Assembly: GCA_964106915.2 (NCBI GenBank)
Contig: OZ066915.1
Strand: one strand, 5' to 3'
DNA: 64,000 nt
Origin: Podarcis gaigeae
Taxonomy: Eukaryota
In this document: one piece after another, positions 61,440 through 64,000 of the stretch
Numbering within the stretch: the first letter of the stretch is position 1
Layout of the letters: every line of letters begins with the position of its first letter
Position numbers and translations under genes: made by a program
The notes under the pieces: model-generated
Databases searched by the model: none
The model's input: the letters and a program-made list of their open reading frames with translations, nothing else
Told to the model about the DNA's origin: nothing

Positions 61440-62121
61440 TCATTTAGGATTACCCTTGACAAAAGTGATAAATACTTGTCCTTAATATATCTGAGTAAAC
61501 CTGAGAACACCTTAGGCGTGTCCTAAGCCCCAAAGTTGTCATCCCTGCTATTCTGAGTATAGAAGGAAATAATACAAGAAAACTTATAGCTGAAAATGTT
61601 TGCCAGGGCCAACCAAAGTAGTATAACAAGTTAGCATGAATACATGAGTTTCTGTTTTCTCAAGGAAAACACAAGATACATTTTAAGGATATAAATTGTT
61701 TGTACCAATTCAAAATCATGATTTATCAATTAAATCTGAACTACACAAGGCTCCAATTTTCTTTCCCAAGTCACCAGGATTTTGATTTTCACACCAATCC
61801 AGTATGATCAAGAGGGCTGTGGTGCAACAGCTGCAAGTACTCTTGGATGAAAACAGTTATCTTCACCCATTCATTTAGGTTCTGGCTTACAAAGAAGACA
61901 GGTGCTGCTCTTACTGTCCTTTTGGTGCCAGTTCCTCTTTCAACAAGCCTTCTAAGCGAAGGTGGTGGTGTTGTTGTTTTTAAAAATCCTAATCAGTATC
62001 TGTATTGGATGTGAAATTTCTTTTATATATGCAATTGTTGAAACTGTTTTCATATATGCAAGTGCTTTATATATGGTTTTACAGTATTGTGGCATCACCT
62101 CTGGATGCTTCATAGGAACCA

Positions 62122-62164
62122 ATTCATTCATTCATTCATTCATTCATTCATTCATAAATAAATA
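62122..62164. repeat. (ATTC)n(AAAT)n microsatellite
   Basis: Direct reading of the sequence. Confidence 0.95.
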
Positions 62165-62400
62165 GTGAGAAATGAAGATACATCAAAATTGACAGATGCA
62201 TCTATGTCTAACAAACACTGCAAATCCACACCTGGATTTCCTAGTTGATCATGAAGGTCTCATGGCTCATGGTTTCTCACTTTGGTTTGGAAGAGAAAGC
62301 TCCTATTCCTTTGTTTACCTGATACAGCTGGTTGGATATTAAGGCATTATATTTGCTTAATTATCACATTTCAGTCCTAAGAATTACAATGTAGCTTCTT

Positions 62401-62401
<1 letters not shown>

Positions 62402-62452
<51 letters not shown>
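62402..62452. repeat. (GT)n microsatellite, about 25 units
   Basis: Direct reading of the sequence. Confidence 0.97.
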
Positions 62453-62454
<2 letters not shown>

Positions 62455-62497
62455 GTGGTCATAACTCTAATGTGGACTGCCAAACTATCTCTTATTG

Positions 62498-62650
62498 AAA
62501 TAGAATAATAATAGAATATTGTTAATAGAATAATAATAGAGGGTCATTTTGTCCAACCTCCTGCAATGCAGGAATCTTTTGCTTCAGTGTGGGGCTCAAA
62601 CCCACAACCCTGAGATTAAGAGTCTCAGGCTCTACCAACTGAGCTATCCC
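62498..62650 (-). mobile_element. tRNA-Lys(CTT)-derived SINE with CR1-type tail
   Basis: Minus strand reads gggatagctcagttggtagagcctgagactcttaatctcagggttgtgggtttgagccccacactg, then aaaagattcctgcattgcaggaggttggacaaaatgaccctcta and an (ATT/CTATT)n tail. Confidence 0.85.
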
Positions 62651-64000
62651 AGAGGTTTATCTGTGTGCCACATCTATGGCAACTGAGAAGGAAGAGGAGT
62701 TATTTGCTTTTATCTTGTGATAAAACTTTAAAGTAAATTACATAATACATGTTGGTTTCTTTTACCAATATTACGAAGTCTGCTGGGTCTTAAACAGGTG
62801 CCCTTCAATCCCAAAGCAGCCAACCAGTCGCTTGAAGTAAGAAGTAGTGTCTTTAGCAAAGGAAATGCTACCCAATTGTAAAAGTTTAAAAACCATTCCA
62901 GGCATAGGAGGGAGGGAGGAGAAAATATGTTAGGACATGGGCCAATAAAAATGTTGATTTTTTTCCTTCGGAATAGAGCTGGGGAGAGGATTTATAGATC
63001 CCAGAGCAAATGTGAGTCAGGTTCTCCCCCAACACATGCACACACCCCAACCAAACCTAGCCTACTAAATTCAGTCCTAGCACAATAGGCCATATGCAAT
63101 GGGTAGGATTTGTTATCAGTGCTACAGACCAGCAAACAACAATTCAGATACAATTAGCCAAGGTTAAAAGTCCCATTGATAACACTGCAGTAAAAAGCTG
63201 TAGCCAAAGTTTGTTGTTCTATTCTGCTCACAAGAAAGTAACAGAGTAGAACTTCACCTTCTCTCACGCAAGCTCTAGTGTCATCCATTCTTGCCCTGCC
63301 TACTTGGTTTTTGTCCATAGTTGGGGAACTTGTGGGGGCCCAGGTTCTGCCGGACAACAGCCCCTATCATCCCTGACCATCAGCAAGGCTCGTTGCAGGG
63401 AGTTATAATCCAGCAACATCAGGAAGGCCACAGGTTTCCTTCCCCAGCCGTAGTGATTGAATTCCTGCCTATAGTTGCACGCTCCATCTTAGAAAATATC
63501 TAAACCACGTACACAAAGCACTCATAAAACAGTATAAAGTATCCAGCCTGGCAGAAAAGCTGTCTGCATCTCGCCTCCTCTCCTATTTCTAATCCTGGGT
63601 TAGGGTTTGGAATGCAGCAAGTTTTCTGCTTCCTTATCGCTCAAGTAATCACTGGGAAGCTGCTCTACTGTGCCAACTCGCAGGGGTTTTGTTGTGTCTG
63701 GGGTTCTGCCACCATTGTCCTGTACCACACATTACAACACATCCTAGCTGCTTTAGATCCAAAGCAGACACTCTTGTAGCTGCTTATTTCCTGCCTTCAC
63801 CGTGCACCTGTATGCAGAAACCAGGCCCTGCAAACCATGCTGGCACCATTGGAACGGCAGCTCATACAGGCTCTAATTTCATTAGGAGTGGAGATGGATG
63901 GATTAGAAACCATTGTCTTCACCCTGTCCCTGAATGCCCAGCTTCTGAAAATCCTGCCACTGGGTTGGCCTGGCCTCCAGCCAGCACTCATTGGCAATTA

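Overview
Eukaryotic (vertebrate) genomic DNA. The Sauria-type SINEs, CR1/L2 fragments and short Tc1/hAT MITEs point to a squamate, probably a lacertid lizard (inference). The window holds the convergent 3' ends of two genes. Netrin-1 (NTN1, - strand) contributes five coding exons (61375-61187, 45380-45231, 44145-44092, 28388-28314, 16394-16066; 797 nt, all phase-1 GT-AG introns) and a probable ~5 kb 3'UTR. Syntaxin-8 (STX8, + strand) contributes its last coding exon (8001-8068, the transmembrane anchor). The STX8 exon and the 54-nt NTN1 exon are not represented in the supplied ORF track. The rest is intron, UTR or intergenic DNA with many short transposon relics, microsatellites and candidate cis-regulatory blocks. 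Nearly all other ORFs in the track look spurious. I see no convincing novel protein-coding system. The most interesting observations are two SINE-like elements with the same CR1-type tail but different tRNA heads (Lys vs Asn), an inverted Sauria SINE pair in the STX8 intron, a nested MITE, and candidate CTCF, GLI and FOX sites in NTN1 introns. Family names and human comparisons are from memory, not database searches.
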